64,000 bases of DNA. Origin: Lama glama. Taxonomy: Eukaryota. The translations under genes and the position numbers were made by a program. The stretch lies in assembly GCA_028534125.1 (NCBI GenBank), contig CM052817.1, forward strand, positions 9,550,001 to 9,614,000, read 5' to 3'. Each line of letters opens with the position of its first letter. Position 1 is the stretch's first letter. The notes under the pieces are model-generated. The model worked only from the letters and a program-made list of their open reading frames with translations. It searched no databases and had not been told where the DNA came from. Of the stretch, positions 24,638 to 37,699 are shown one piece after another.

Positions 24638-25914
24638 TCCTCTTAGAATTCTCCTACAAAGGCATAATAGGAATCTAAGTGACCTTCAGACGGGCTGTGC
24701 ACTAATTTCTCCTAAAAGAAGCAGGTTTTCTTGTGAGAAATGATCCTTAGCTTCCCAAAGCAGCTTTAAAGAGCCAAGTTAAGCTGAGTCAGAAAGACAT
24801 AAGAAGAGCTGGATGGAAAGTCGGAAGACAGGAGATCTAATCCCAGCAATTCCTGTAACCTTTTGTGACTTTTGGGCAAGCCACTTCAATCCTGTAAGTC
24901 TGTTTCCATATCACATCCTTGGTGGAAAATAAGTGAGTGCCTTTCTTTCTCTAAACTCACGGCAGACATTGGTAATCCATCACAGCGTTCCTTCCCACTG
25001 TGCCCAGGGGCAGCCTCAGAATTCTTCTCTGCAAATTCTCCGGGAGGCCGCCATCCACAGACAAGACTACACCGTTGAGAAGAAATCTACTTGTCTTCCT
25101 TGAATTATGTGAGCCAGCGCTAATGAAAGTTTGGAATCTTTCATGCTCCAAATTCTACCCTAAAATGTGAGATCATACCTGGTTTCACATCCTCAACTGA
25201 AAGAAAAACAATACACTGCCTTCTGAAGGAGATTTGTTTCCTTTTAAATTCAGAGCAGGGGAAATGAGCACGGGGTCCTGCTTTGACCAGACCTTGTAGG
25301 AACCAGTTGGCTCCAGCTGTCCTCAAGGACCTCAGTGGGGGACATGGCAGGTCTTGACTCCCACCCTCATGCTGGCCTTGGTTCCATTCTTCTTTGTGTC
25401 TCCTTCATTCTGCATCAGGGGCTTCTCATCCCACCCACTGGCTTCCTCACACTCTGTGTATCTTTTCTACCCCATGGATTCTGTTTTCTCCTAATTTCAA
25501 CCTCTCCTGGCCTCTCATAGTCCAGCACAAGGTCATGGTTTCTTTTTTGCCTCAGCTGCGGTTGCTCGACCTCTGTCTGATCTCCCTTCATTTCCCAGAT
25601 TAAATGCCCCAGAGTAAGGCTGTCACGTTTAGCTGGCCTGTTTGCCAAGGGGCCACTCTGAGGATAGGTCCTGTGCTGAGTCAGAACCCTCCATTTGTCC
25701 AGTCAGCTGGGATTGGAAATACTTCATCTGAAGCATGGTTGTCTGGGCAAAACCCATCAGCAGAAGACGTTAGTGGGTTGGCATCTTTCTCTCTTTCTTT
25801 CTTCCTTCCTTCCTTCCTTCCTTTTCAAAAGGGTCTGACAAGCAGGTACCATGATGTTCATAACATCATAGAGTCTATTCAAGGACCAAAGTTGACCGTG
25901 TATGTGAAAAGCGA

Positions 25915-26370
25915 CTGTTTTATCTGGTTTCTCCTGAAAGCAGACGCTGAGGCAGGGATCTGGGTGTGAGGAGCTTATTTGGGAGGTGCTGGGAACTCCA
26001 GCAAAGGCATGAGGACATGACAGAGGGGCAAGGAGGCAACCCAGGAGGCTGGGTCGCTAAGCAACAGCTGACTGAGGCCTATCCTAGGGGGAGTGAGGAG
26101 AAAACACACGCCCCAGAATGAGCTCCCCCCAAAGGGTGAGGAAGCGAAAGTATTTAAGACCAACTCCCAAGAGTCGTTGGTGGAGGGCTACCCCAGGATG
26201 TGATTCTCCCAGGACTTCGGGCGTGCGCTGGTGGTCCAGCACAGTGGCCTTCCAAGGTTCTCAAAAAAGGCCTCAGGAGCAGACAGAAAAATAAGACAAC
26301 TGGGTATCACCCAGAGCACCCTGAATTGGTTAAGGTCCACAGGGTACAGGAGAGGCACTGGCATCACCTG
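25915..26370. mobile_element. Old ERVL LTR (LTR16-like)
   Basis: aagcagacgctgaggcagggat...ttatttgggaggtg motif. Confidence 0.55.
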
Positions 26371-28386
26371 CCACAGCACTTGCCAGTTCTCAAATGTCAA
26401 CTCCATGAGGGCGAGGAAACAGTGCCCAGCACACAACAGACGCTCAATACGTTTTTGAGGGATGAATGAGCGAATGAGTGAGTGACAGGAAGCCCGGTAC
26501 AAGTGAATGTAACTGTTATAACTGGAACTGTCGTCGTGGGCCCTTCATATTTGTCTGCCTCTGTATGCCAATGAAGAGGCAACGTGATGGGAGAGGGGTA
26601 AAAGGGAGCGCTGAGCAGGGACAAAGGACCACCAGCTAGGGCCAGAAAAGGCCTGGGTCCTAACACCATCTCTTTTCACACCACTACCACGTCTTGCACA
26701 AAGCAGAAGGAACATCATCTTCCTACACACGTTTCAAGTTATATTTTAATGACTTCTTTTCTACAGTTTGTCCTTTATATTTGTTTCAGTTGTAGACAAC
26801 AATGATCAGTGGGGGAGAGCTATATTTGTCTTTTTCCCTCAGTTCTGTGTTTCCAAGGACAACCCTGAGCCCTACTTTTGGTTAAACCCCACCCCAACCA
26901 CGTCACAAACGAGACGGCAGAAATAAGTATTGTGAAGGCGACCATAGGAACCCATCGTCATCGAAAGGATCTGAGAGGACTTCCGCGTAATCTCACTTCT
27001 GACAGTGCTAAGCCAATTACTCAGAAGTCGCAAATGGACCAAAATACTGGCTTTCCCACTGATCCCACAAAATCAGAGACTGCAACTCGGATATGAGACT
27101 GAAATAAACTTCCCAATGGTTGTCTCCAGGTCCAGACCCTGTGGGACATTTGCTCTGCAAATCAGAAATTTCTCCAGTCCTCAGAAAGGACCACGGTCAA
27201 CCTCGCTCCAGGTCAAGTTCATAGAACCTCGGATTGACCACACCTGCAGGTGGCCCTTTACACACAGCCCACTCCCAAGAGTGACACAAAGGCCAGTGTG
27301 TTCTAGACGCTTGTCATCTCACCAGACAGGGAAATTACCCCTCTGCCCTTTCTGCACTGGAAACATTGATAATTTCAAGCCAGTAAGAGCACTGAAGTTC
27401 TTTTTTAAGGTGGCAGGAACTCAGGGAAAGGGAGTGGAGTGCAACAGAAGAGCTGATCTGAAAACCAATTTCCTCTTTAATTCTCAGGGAACTAATAAAG
27501 CAAGCCCGCCGCTGGCTACGCTGAGGGAATTGCTCTACAGAAGAGACATGTCCAATTTCGTTTTCATCCTGTTACACATCGGTGCGTTCAAGTCCATACA
27601 AAAGCCGTAAATGCTTCAATAGCCAGGGCTGTGTCTTTTGTTCATTCCATCTCTCACGCAAGGATTGAGAGTAAACTCCGCAGTCAGTGTTTAGCCAAGG
27701 AGTGTAAGGATGTCAAGACCCGGGCTCTAATATGTCAAAAGTAAAACTGTTTCTTTAGGAATGTCTCTTCCTTCCCAAAACAAGGCAAGAAAATAGTCAT
27801 TTTGCTTTTGCTTCAAGGTTGACGTTGATGGGAGGAAAACAGAATGAGGCAGTTTACAGTTTAAGGGCCTGACCTCTAGCGGCCAGCAATGGTAACTCCT
27901 CCACGAGAGAACAAATTGTCTCACAAAACCCGACAGGGAGTGAGCTTGGAGAGGCTTCCGAGAGCATCTTTCTCTGCCCCCCTCACGTTGCAGGGGAGGA
28001 AACAGAGATCCGCAGAAGATGAGAAACTTGCGCGTGGCCGCTAAGACGGGGCTGGGGCCAAGGTCTCTTTCTTTCACTTCATCTCCTCCATTGCCCAGCA
28101 CACATTTAAAAGCTACTTTTCCTTATATAGTGCAGTTAATCAACAAACAGAACAACAATGGCAGACTCCAGTTTCAGGCGTCCATTCTGTAATTGCCACA
28201 AACCTGATTAGATAAGTGTGGATAGAGATTTCGGTTCCTTACTGGATGAAAAACAGCTGGATGGTAAGGGTCATTTCTTAATTATCTTTGAATCGCTAGG
28301 ACTTGTCACCATAGCTGCCACACGGTGTCAGGTGGACAGTAGATAGCTAGATGGACAGGTAAATTTTAATATGAAATTAGACATCA

Positions 28387-28500
28387 GGGGGAGGGAAATA
28401 GCTCAGTGGTAGAGCGCATGTTTAACATGCTGGAGGTCCTGGGTTCAATCCCCAGTACCTCCATTATTTTTAATTATATAAATTTTTAAAAAGAAAGAAA
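28387..28500 (+). mobile_element. Camelid-type tRNA-derived SINE (short form)
   Basis: TAGCTCAGTGGTAGAGCGC...GGTTCAATCCCCAGTACCTCC; perfect 14-bp TSD GAAATTAGACATCA at 28373-28386 and 28501-28514. Confidence 0.92.
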
Positions 28501-30716
28501 GAAATTAGACATCAATTAAAACTGAAAGCTATCTGCCTAGTTTTCCAATTACCAAAATGGCAGATCTAAGATTTGAGATCAACAGTTCAGTCTTACACTA
28601 AAAGCTACCGTCTTAAGCACTTGCCCTGGGGACCCCTGCTACCCAGGAAAGCCTCCCTAAATTTCACAGAAGCAGCCTTTCCGGATCTCTGAATTAACAC
28701 AGCTGATTCAAGAGGAGATTGTGTTTTTCAGATGCTCAGTCAAAAGTTTTTGCTCTCAAATAATGACCCAATAAAATTTTTCCTTCATGTGTTGGTTTGT
28801 TCCTTCAGTCATTGAACACGTATTTATTGAGTGTTTACTATGTGCCAGGAATTTCCCTGAGTGATAAGAACCCAGTGGGAAAGACAAAATGACGGGCCAA
28901 CCACTAGGCTAGTGCTAAGTACTGCGAGAATAAAGAAAGAAGTCTGGTTATCAACCATAGATCCGTGCCCAGTGTTACTGGAGATGTGAATGAGGACACA
29001 GCCCTGAAGATTTTCGAGCACAGATCCAAATCTTGAAGAACATATGCGTAAACTCCAGCATCCTTTGGTAAAATAACCCAGTGAAGGGAGAGAATCTTCA
29101 TATGGAAAGAGGCAAAATTCATGTCTCCTTCCCCCAACTATTATTCCCAGAGTTCACTCAGCTTTTGAGGATATAGAAATCTCCACTGATGCCATCAGAC
29201 GAGCTCCTGAAATTAATCTCCTCCTTGCCCTTCCATCCCAAGCACAGATATAAACCCTCCTGCAATTCCCCTCAGCACACATAAGACCATGTTGGAACAA
29301 GTACAAGATTTGACTCAAGTCTCAGAGAAATGAGAGAGGAATTATAACAATTATTAAAAGACGGTTACTGGAGGTGATGGTACTTGAGACCTACAGGCCA
29401 CCGTCATGAGGTTGGCCAGGCAATGCAGGATTGCTTCCCTGTCTTGCCCTGGTTAGACATCATATGGCAGTGTCCAAATTTCCCTATTACCCCAGGAAAC
29501 TCCTCAAGTGTGTCAGAGCCCCTCACAGTCCAAGCCCAAGAGAGCAGAAGGGTGCATGGTGGCAAGTGTCCCTTTCCTTCTGCTCCGAATTCCATCTCTC
29601 GTGTAGCGAGAACACAGGCAGCTACCAGCTGACAGATGGCTCTTACTCCAGAAATCCACTTGCTAGACAGGTCTTTGGAATCTGTTGTGCATTTCCAAAA
29701 ATATCAACAGCATGATTTAAATCAGAGGCAAGTTCAAGAAAGTTCTATTTATACCCTGGTCCATCTAAGGATGTTAGAAATACCACTTCCCAATTTGGCA
29801 GAAACCAGGAATGGCATACAGATGCTTCCAGGCACTCTCTATACCCATATATCATCTGCACCAATTTAAGGACCCAGATCCCCTACCAGGTCCCTGAGAA
29901 TTCTGCATCAGGAGACAGAACACGGTTGCCTCTACAGGGAACTGCAGATAGCAGAGACATGAAAATTCTTGACCTGGAATCAGCAGAGTGGTCCTTCCTA
30001 AACTGAGTCGAGCAAACTGTCTATGTTACTTTAGCATTTGTACATTTGAAGGAAGTGCAATACAATTTGTGACATCACAGGACATGGGAAAATAATAGGT
30101 GACTCAAAGTGCAGAAGGAAGCAGGGTTTAATGTTTTTTATCAGAAGATACTGTCAGCTGTTCATCAATCTAGTGAGCCCAGCTCCTTGGATAAGAACTT
30201 GTTTCAGTGAAGGGTCACTTGTGGGCCTCTTTTGATTATGCAGGTGTAAGACAGGGGGACGCCCACTGCCCTGGGAAGTGGGGATGTCACAGGATTTTCT
30301 GTGATGTGGCTGATGCTGCCCTTTCCAAATGTCCCTTGCAGTCTTTGATATCAGTGAATAAATTTGCAAAATGTCCTGGGGATGAATGAGATTTAGACAC
30401 TGATGTCTTTCCTGCTAAATTTCAACAGCATTAAAACCTCTCTGATAACCTTGACGGTCCTAGTTTTGAGTTAATTAACCAGAAGAGATCCTTGGCATTA
30501 TGGGGAGGGATGCAACCTGAGGAGAGGGGGGCTGTGGACTGTGTACTGGTGACAGTGGTTCTAATGAAGACTCAGATGACAGGGGCCAGGGTTGGGGAGG
30601 ACAGGAGGAAGGTGTGTAGTTGTTGGTTCAGGCAGAGCTGTGATTGAGGTCAAAAACCTCTCCAGATGCTGTGAACCCTGGTGGATCATGTTGGTGTGAA
30701 CCATATTGGAGAAACC

Positions 30717-30940
30717 CAGGTCCCTCAGCCTTGGTGCTTATCAGCATTTTGAGCCAGATGATTCTCCCTCTGGGGAGGTGGGCGGTCCTGTGCATTGTAG
30801 GATGTTTAGCAGCATCCCTGACCTCTACCCATCAGATGCTAATCATACCTTCCCCCAAGTTGTGACAACCAAAAATGTCTCCAGACTCTGCCAGATGTCC
30901 CCTGGGACGGCAAAACTCAACCCTGGTTGAGAAGCACTGT
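30717..30940. mobile_element. MER20 DNA transposon, well preserved
   Basis: gtcctgtgcattgtaggatgtttagcagcatccctgacctctaccca...gttgtgacaaccaaaaatgtctccagac...ctggttgagaagcactg. Confidence 0.9.
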
Positions 30941-32314
30941 TAAGAATAGAAGGGGGTAACCCTGGAAATTCAAATGTGAGGAGGCTGGTAAGGGTGTTTG
31001 GAGCATCAGACACATCGATGTAGCCGAGGGCAAAAATGCTCGGACCTCTTGGGGGCCGTTTCCCACAGAAGCCTGCCGGCTGACTCTGTTCTGTCTTCAC
31101 TGGCATCTGGGTACAGGACTACTGTTTGAATCAAGTAAACTTCTCAAGACTTATGAACAACTCCAAGTGAAAATGAGGCTTCAAGGATGTCCTGCTAATA
31201 AAAGCAAGCACACTCTCAAGCAACTAATTAGAAAATGATAATGTCATGATGTTATTTGTCCCCTAGGCTGGTGATGCCGGTCACACCTGTGAGACGCACT
31301 TAAGGGAAGTAGCTAGAAAAAAAGAGAATGTGAAAAATGTAGGAAAATAACTTTTCCAATGAGAGAAATGTGAGAATTCACTACTCATACTGGAGCAGCA
31401 GTTTTCTCTATGTAAGAGAGTCTGCAGTTATTTCAAATCATGACATGTGTCTCCAAATAAAATGATTCTTACAGCATTTTATTCTCAGTAGCCCAGACAG
31501 CTCTCTTAGGCAGTGAGAATGTTGTGAAATGAAGCAAGCAAGAAGAAAGTGTTGCGATTCAAAACTGGTTCAAAATCGTAGCCCTGGAGGAAGAAAATTA
31601 AATGCTTTATTATCTATGAAATACAAATAGCCTCCACAACCAATATATCTGAGTCAATAAGTGTTTCTCTCCATTTACTATAGAAACAAGAGGTTCAAAT
31701 TTACTGGAGTTCAAGTTATATTGCAGGGGGAGATGTGTATCATTCAGTAAATTGGAAAATATAAATCAAATGTTGAAGAATGTGCTTTTATAAAATTTAT
31801 GATTGAAAGGTGATTCTTCAGCTTCCAAGTTGAGCCTTATTTTAGTGATGTGTTTTCCCCTGTGATACATTTTTCTTTCATAGAAAATGAGTCACCTACA
31901 ATCAAAAATATTATAAAATTCCAAGAGCCAAGTGAGAATGACACATTCATCGAAAGCTGAAATTACACTCCATATGTCCAGGTGTGAAAAGCATAGTTCA
32001 GCCATTTACTGACTTAAATAATGCCCCATTGCAGCTTTCTTCCAAAGACAATACAGCACAGGAGTTTCACCTCAGGTGCTATAATTTTCCCATGTTTATT
32101 CCAGTGTTCTAATCTTCCAAGGAGGCTTCAACTACATCATGCTTTAGTGGCATTACCCTTGAAAGCATTGAATGCATTTGTCATTTTTTTTTGGTTATAC
32201 ATGCAAAATTATGTGCCTCAGAGTTCCATGTTAAAAAAAATAATGACTATATTTCATTCATCTATTCATTCATTCATTCATCTATTTATTCATTTTTTTT
32301 AAAATGTGACTGCT

Positions 32315-32866
32315 ACAGTTATTACTGCTTTGTAACAAATGATTCCAAAAGAATCCCTTATAAGAATCATTTTGTTATGCACATAGGTTCTGTGAGTCAG
32401 GAATTTAAACAGAACAGAGCTGCTCAAATAATCTCTACTCCACAGTATCTGGGGCCTCAGCTGAGAAAACTTGAACCCTGTGAAGTGGCTCAGTGTTTAG
32501 GGGCTAGAATCCTCCAAAGGCTTGCTCAGGTGCATGTTCTAGAGCCTTGACTTGAGGACAAAGGTTGCCAAACAGAAAATGTGCACATGACTTTTCCAGG
32601 TGGCCTGACCCCCTCACAGCATGGTGACCTCAGAGTAGTCAGACTTCTTCTTTGAGACTCTAAACACAAAAGTTCTAGCAAACAACATAGGAACCATATT
32701 ATCTATTATGACTCAGTCTTGGAACTCAGTGAGCAAGCCAGCATCACTTCCCCCACACTTTGTGGGTCAGTGCAGTTACAAGTCCACTCAGACACAAAGG
32801 GAGGGAAAACAGACTCCATTGCAAGGAATAACAGTGAATTTGAAGGTCTGGTTTTAAAACCACCAC
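32315..32866 (-). mobile_element. MaLR LTR (MLT1G/H-like)
   Basis: ttctgtgagtcaggaattt...cctcacagcatggtgacctcagagtagtcagacttct...ttttaaaaccaccaca. Confidence 0.7.
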
Positions 32867-32959
32867 AGGCGCATAACAAGATTGATCACAGGATGTTTGT
32901 TACTGGGAATAGTAAAAGGAATAGAACTACCTATATGTTAGCGTTTTAAAATAATAAGG

Positions 32960-33992
32960 AAATAAAATAATAAGGAATATTTTGAAAACCTTTATGCCAT
33001 CAATTTTTAAACAAAGAACGGACAATTTCCTAAAAATATGTAATATACTAAAACAAGAAGAAATGCAGAATTTGAATAGGCTTATAAGAATAAAGAAAAT
33101 TGTAATAGTGGTCAAAAATCTAACTACAACCAACCCCCCTCCTCAACACACACACACACACACCCCATTCTTCAAAGAAGATGTACAAATGGCCGAAAAG
33201 TACAGTGAATTACCATACTCAGCATCACTACTCACAGGGAAAAGCAAATTAAAACCACAGTGAGGTACCACTTCACACCTCCTAGGCTATCATCAAAACA
33301 TGGAAAATAACAAGGGTTGGTGAGGACACACAAAAATTAGAGCACTTGCCCGTGACTGACGGGAATGTAAAATTGTTCAGCTGCTATGGAAAACAGTTTG
33401 GCAGCTCCTCAAAAAGTTACACATAGAATTACCATGTGACACAACAATCCACTCCTAGGTATATATACTGAATTGGAAGTAAGGACTCAAACAGGTACTT
33501 GTATGTGACTGTTCATTGCAGCATTATTCATAATAGCCAAAAGGTGGAAATAACCAAGTGTTCACCAGCAGATGAACGAACAAGCAAAATGTGGTCTATG
33601 CATACAATGGATTATTATTCAGCCTTAAAAAGGAATGATGTACTGACACACACTACAATGTAGATGAACCTTGAAAACACCCTAAGTGAAAAGCCAGGCA
33701 CAAAAGGACAAACATTGTATGATTCCACTTCTATGAAATATGTAGAAGAGGCAAATTCATAGAGACAGAAAATAACTTAGAGGCTGAGGAGAAGAAGAAA
33801 TAGTCATTTCTTGTTTAAAGAGTAAAGAGCTTCTATTTGAGGTTATGAAAGGGTTTTGGGAATAGTGATGAAGGTTGTATGACATTGTGAATGTAACTGA
33901 CGCTGCTGAGTGGTGCACTTAAAAATGGTTAAAATAGCAAAGTTAATGTCATATATATTTTTATGTCATATACGTATTTGTAATAAAAAAAA
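32960..33992 (+). mobile_element. L1 (L1MB-like) ORF2 fragments and 3' end, sense
   Basis: aaagcaaattaaaaccacagtgaggtaccacttcacac...gcattattcataatagccaaaaggtggaaa. Confidence 0.88.
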
Positions 33993-34033
33993 TCTCACCG
34001 GACCCAAACAGTTTTATAGACAAGTTAACAAAA

Positions 34034-34132
34034 CAGAGAGAGAGTGTGTGTGTGTGTGTGTGTGTGCACGTGCGTTAAAGAGTCAGAGAGAAACAGAGAT
34101 AGACAGAGAAAGACAGTGAGAGAGACGGGAGA
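34034..34132. repeat. Compound (GA)n(GT)n microsatellite and GA-rich tract
   Basis: cagagagagagtgtgtgtgtgtgtgtgtgtgtg followed by agagagaaacagagatagacagaga. Confidence 0.9.
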
Positions 34133-34675
34133 AAGATTAGTCTGTTTTTTTGGTATTAGAATATTCTTTATTTTCCATAATACTACAGGAAAGGAAAAAC
34201 AATAGGCCACACTCAGTATGACATTTAAGCAAAACAAATCTAAATATTAGTAACTAAATCCAACAACTAATTTTTAAAATATCTTGACCAAGTTTTGGGT
34301 ATACCAGGAATGCAAGAAAGTTTGACATTAAAGTGCTTGTCAATGTAATCCACAACATTAAGGGATGAAAGAAGTAAACTCATATTTGGTTATCTCAAAA
34401 GATGAAGGGAAAAAAAGCTTGTGATATGTGATGCAACACCCATTCATGATTAAAACTCTTCAGCCAGATAGGAACACTTAACACAGAAGAAAGGTATTTT
34501 TGGATTTTGATTGAAAAGAAATCTACTAGATTCATTTATTTTGTTTGCATAAGAATTTGTGCCAGAAATGCCAGTTTTGAAAGACGCTTTTTAAAAACTT
34601 TTAAATGTAATGAGGAGATGTATAATTCTTAAGAACTGCTTTAGTTTAGTTAGATATTAAAAGATAAGGGAGGTC

Positions 34676-34852
34676 ATTGTTGTTTATCTATTTTATATAT
34701 CATAGTTCTATCTGCTAATCCCAAACTCCTAATTTAACCCTCCCCCGCCTTTCCCCTTTGGTAACCATAAGGTTGTTTTCTGTGTCTGTGAGTCTGTTTC
34801 TGTTTTGTAAATAAGTTCATTTGTATCATTACACTTCAATTAAAAAAAAAAC
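34676..34852 (+). mobile_element. Young L1 3' end, mostly inverted (twin priming)
   Basis: Antisense L1 3' UTR 34676-34830, then sense acacttcaatt + A-tail; TSD agat(a/t)agggaggtc at 34662-34675 and 34853-34866. Confidence 0.85.
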
Positions 34853-34946
34853 AGATTAGGGAGGTCGTAACCGGAAGGTTGATTAGCACAAGGGTTGTGA
34901 ACAAACCCTACCTCTTATCAGCCGACCACTTCAAGTAGGTGACCTC

Positions 34947-35310
34947 TGACGATAAACATATGCTGTTTCCCCAAAACTCGTATGCTGACAGCTAACCTTC
35001 ACTGGGACTACATTTAGAGACAGAGGTTTTAGGAGGAAATTAAGGTTAGATGAGGTCTTAAGGGTGGGGTCCTCATCTGACAGGATCGATGGCTTAAGAG
35101 GGAGTTTCCGCCTGGCCTACCTGCCGCACTAAGCAAAGCCACGTGAGGACCAGGCCCGCAGGCTCCGCCGAGGGAGGGAGAGAGCCCTCCAGAAACAGTC
35201 AGCCGGCAACTCGAGCTTAGGCTTCCAGCCTTCAGAACGGTGAGAAAATAAGCCTCTGCTGTTTAAGCCTCCCCGTCTACGGTGTTTGTTAAACAGCCTG
35301 AGCTAAGGCA
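34947..35310 (+). mobile_element. MLT1A-like MaLR solo LTR
   Basis: aattaaggttagatgaggtcttaagggtgggg...cttccagccttcagaacggtgagaaaataa...ctgtttaagcc. Confidence 0.85.
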
Positions 35311-35579
35311 ACACCCACAGTTATTTTTTTTTCCATTTAATAAACTTTACAGCATTTACTATGTACCAGGACTTGACAAATATTAACTTCATAAGCCTTA
35401 TAACGACTCACTGGAGTGAGTACCATCAGTAACCTCACTTCACAGATGAAGAAACTGGAACCTTGAGATGTTAAGGAAGTTGACCGAGATTCCTCAACTT
35501 GAAGAGCCAGCAGTCAACGTTTCGCCTCTCTCTCTTCTCTGCACTCCACGAGACACGGTGGACCAGTCTCTCCTCCACG

Positions 35580-36750
35580 TCTTCCATCCACTCTTTCCTA
35601 CTTCCATCTCTCTATGCCACATTTGATTTTTTTAATCTATCTTTTATATCACTCATTATTTTCCAGTGCTCTCCTCTGTAATGAACCCATCCTTTGCTTT
35701 AAAAAAAAATCATGACTTTATTATTCACTTCTAAAAGCTCTAGCTGGTTCTTTTTAGCCTTTGCCCAATCTTTTTGACAGTATCTCATTCTTCTTTCATA
35801 TTTTCAAAGCCTCCTTTTAAGTTCCCTTACAGCCATTGTTTTTTCCCGATTCTCCTGTATTGTCAGAAGCTCTTGCATGTCTTTCAGCTCCCTCTGATTG
35901 TCTGCAGACTCCTGACTGTTCGCTCCCATGTGTCTGACTTTGGATCGTGAGCGCATCTTCAGCAGTGTTTCCCTGTGGCAGTCCTGAACTGACTACTCCA
36001 AGGTGTGTCCCTCCAGAAACCTTCTGTGTCCGCTCTTGCCTTGCACCCCACGGGGATACAGTAGTCTGAGACTACTTTTTAAAATGTGTCACTTGGGGGG
36101 TTCCTAAATGATGTAGGTAGCATAAATATGGCAACTTAAGCAGCATGGCACCAGCCAATGGTCCTGAATTCTCTGGAGAATATTTTTCCCACCACGTGCA
36201 GAGCACCAATGGAGAGGGACCAGTTTTCTCGTGGGCTCCCTGTGCCAGCACTAGCTGGTAGTCTCCTTCAATTCAAAGACTTCTTTCAGTTCTGAGAGTC
36301 TTCCTTGGATGACTTCTTTGATAAATCCTACCTTTTCATTTCCTGGGTTCTCTCTTTCTGTACAGCTACAATTACTGAATTTCCTAATCTGTGATCCTCT
36401 CACTTTCTCTGGAATGCTTTTCTGGAAAGGCGAGATGCCAGTTCTCTCACTGGAGGATGTAGAAATGCCAGTATTGGGGGGTGATGGTCTGTTTTTTGTG
36501 AACATTGAACTCCTCCAGAAAATCACGTCCCATGTTTTCCAGTTTGGTGCTGGTGGGAGGCGGGACAGGGCATCACAGGTGTGTGTGGTCGGCTCAGCTG
36601 GTGAGAAGGGCTCACAGTGCGCCCCACCCACCTCTGCATTTCTACCCAGTTTTCAGCCTGGAGAAACACCCACCCTCTGCTGCACCTGAACTTGAGACCA
36701 ATGTCTCCAGCTCAGCTCCCCTGGAGAGGAAACCCTGAGTTTCTCTGGGA
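35580..36750 (-). mobile_element. Ancient L1 (L1ME-like) 5'/ORF1 fragments, antisense
   Basis: Pyrimidine-rich ttcacttctaaaagctctagctggttcttttt and ttctttcagttctg...ttctttgataaat motifs. Confidence 0.5.
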
Positions 36751-36901
36751 GGCAGACAAGGGCCCCAGGGAGGATGGGCATGCTTCCTCAGGCTGCCAGG
36801 GGTAAGGGAGGGTCTGAGGACCCAGCCCCCCAGTTCACAGATGTTCACATCCTCTTCCATGCTCAGCCCCACGGCCCACCCCACTTGTCTCGGCATCTGA
36901 C

Positions 36902-37332
36902 TGTGGTCATTTCCTGGGGCCGCCATAACAAGGTACCACATCCTGGGTGGCTTAAAGCAGCAGAATTGTCTTGCCACTGAGGAGACAAGGGTGAGAAATC
37001 ACGGTGCTAGAGGACTGGTCTCCTCTGTGGGCTGCGAGGGAGAGTCTGCTCCAGGCCTCACTCCCAGCTTCCGGGGGCCTTGGACCTTCCCCGCCTGGTT
37101 GGTGGGGCTCTCCCTGTGTCTCCCCATGGCCTTCCCTCTGCACGGCTGGCTGTGCCCAAATTCCCCCTTTTTATAAGGACACGGTCCTACTGGACTAGGG
37201 CCCAGCCAAATGGCCTCATCTTAACCTGACTACGTCTGTGAATACCCTGTGTCCAAATAAGGCCACGTTCGGAGGTGCGGGAGGTTAGGACTTGAACGTA
37301 TCTTTCTGGGGGACACCACTCAGCCCATCACG
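36902..37332 (-). mobile_element. MLT1C-like MaLR solo LTR
   Basis: ttcctggggccgccataacaaggtaccaca...ttataaggacac...ggttaggacttgaacgtatctttctgggggacac. Confidence 0.85.
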
Positions 37333-37427
37333 CTGCTGAGACAAATCCTGGGTCTCTCTGGAGTTCTGCAGAGTGGGCCAGCTCACTTCCTCCTTCCTGT
37401 GCCTGGCTGGCCCACCCCACCACGTGC

Positions 37428-37508
37428 ACGCATACACACAGACACACACACACACATACTCAGTGACACAGACATACACACAGACACACATACAGACACG
37501 CACACACT
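37428..37508. repeat. Degenerate (CA)n / (CACAGA)n microsatellite
   Basis: catacacacagacacacacacacacatac...cagacacacatacagacacgcacacac. Confidence 0.9.
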
Positions 37509-37699
37509 AGTGTACTTGGAGTGTGGCTTTCTTTGGTCTGTTCATTCCATTTCTCTGCCATCTGCTTTGCCTCTTTTTTGCTTTTTGAGCCATAACAGTT
37601 ACACCCCCATCAGTAAGTTCAGTGGGGCTCACAGACTACACAGCGGTTCATCTTGCACATTTACTGTTCCATGCTGAACCAGAAAACACTCCAGAGCAA

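Noticed and set aside
27005..27610. 201-aa intergenic ORF
   Set aside because: GTG start, no recognisable domain or splice structure.
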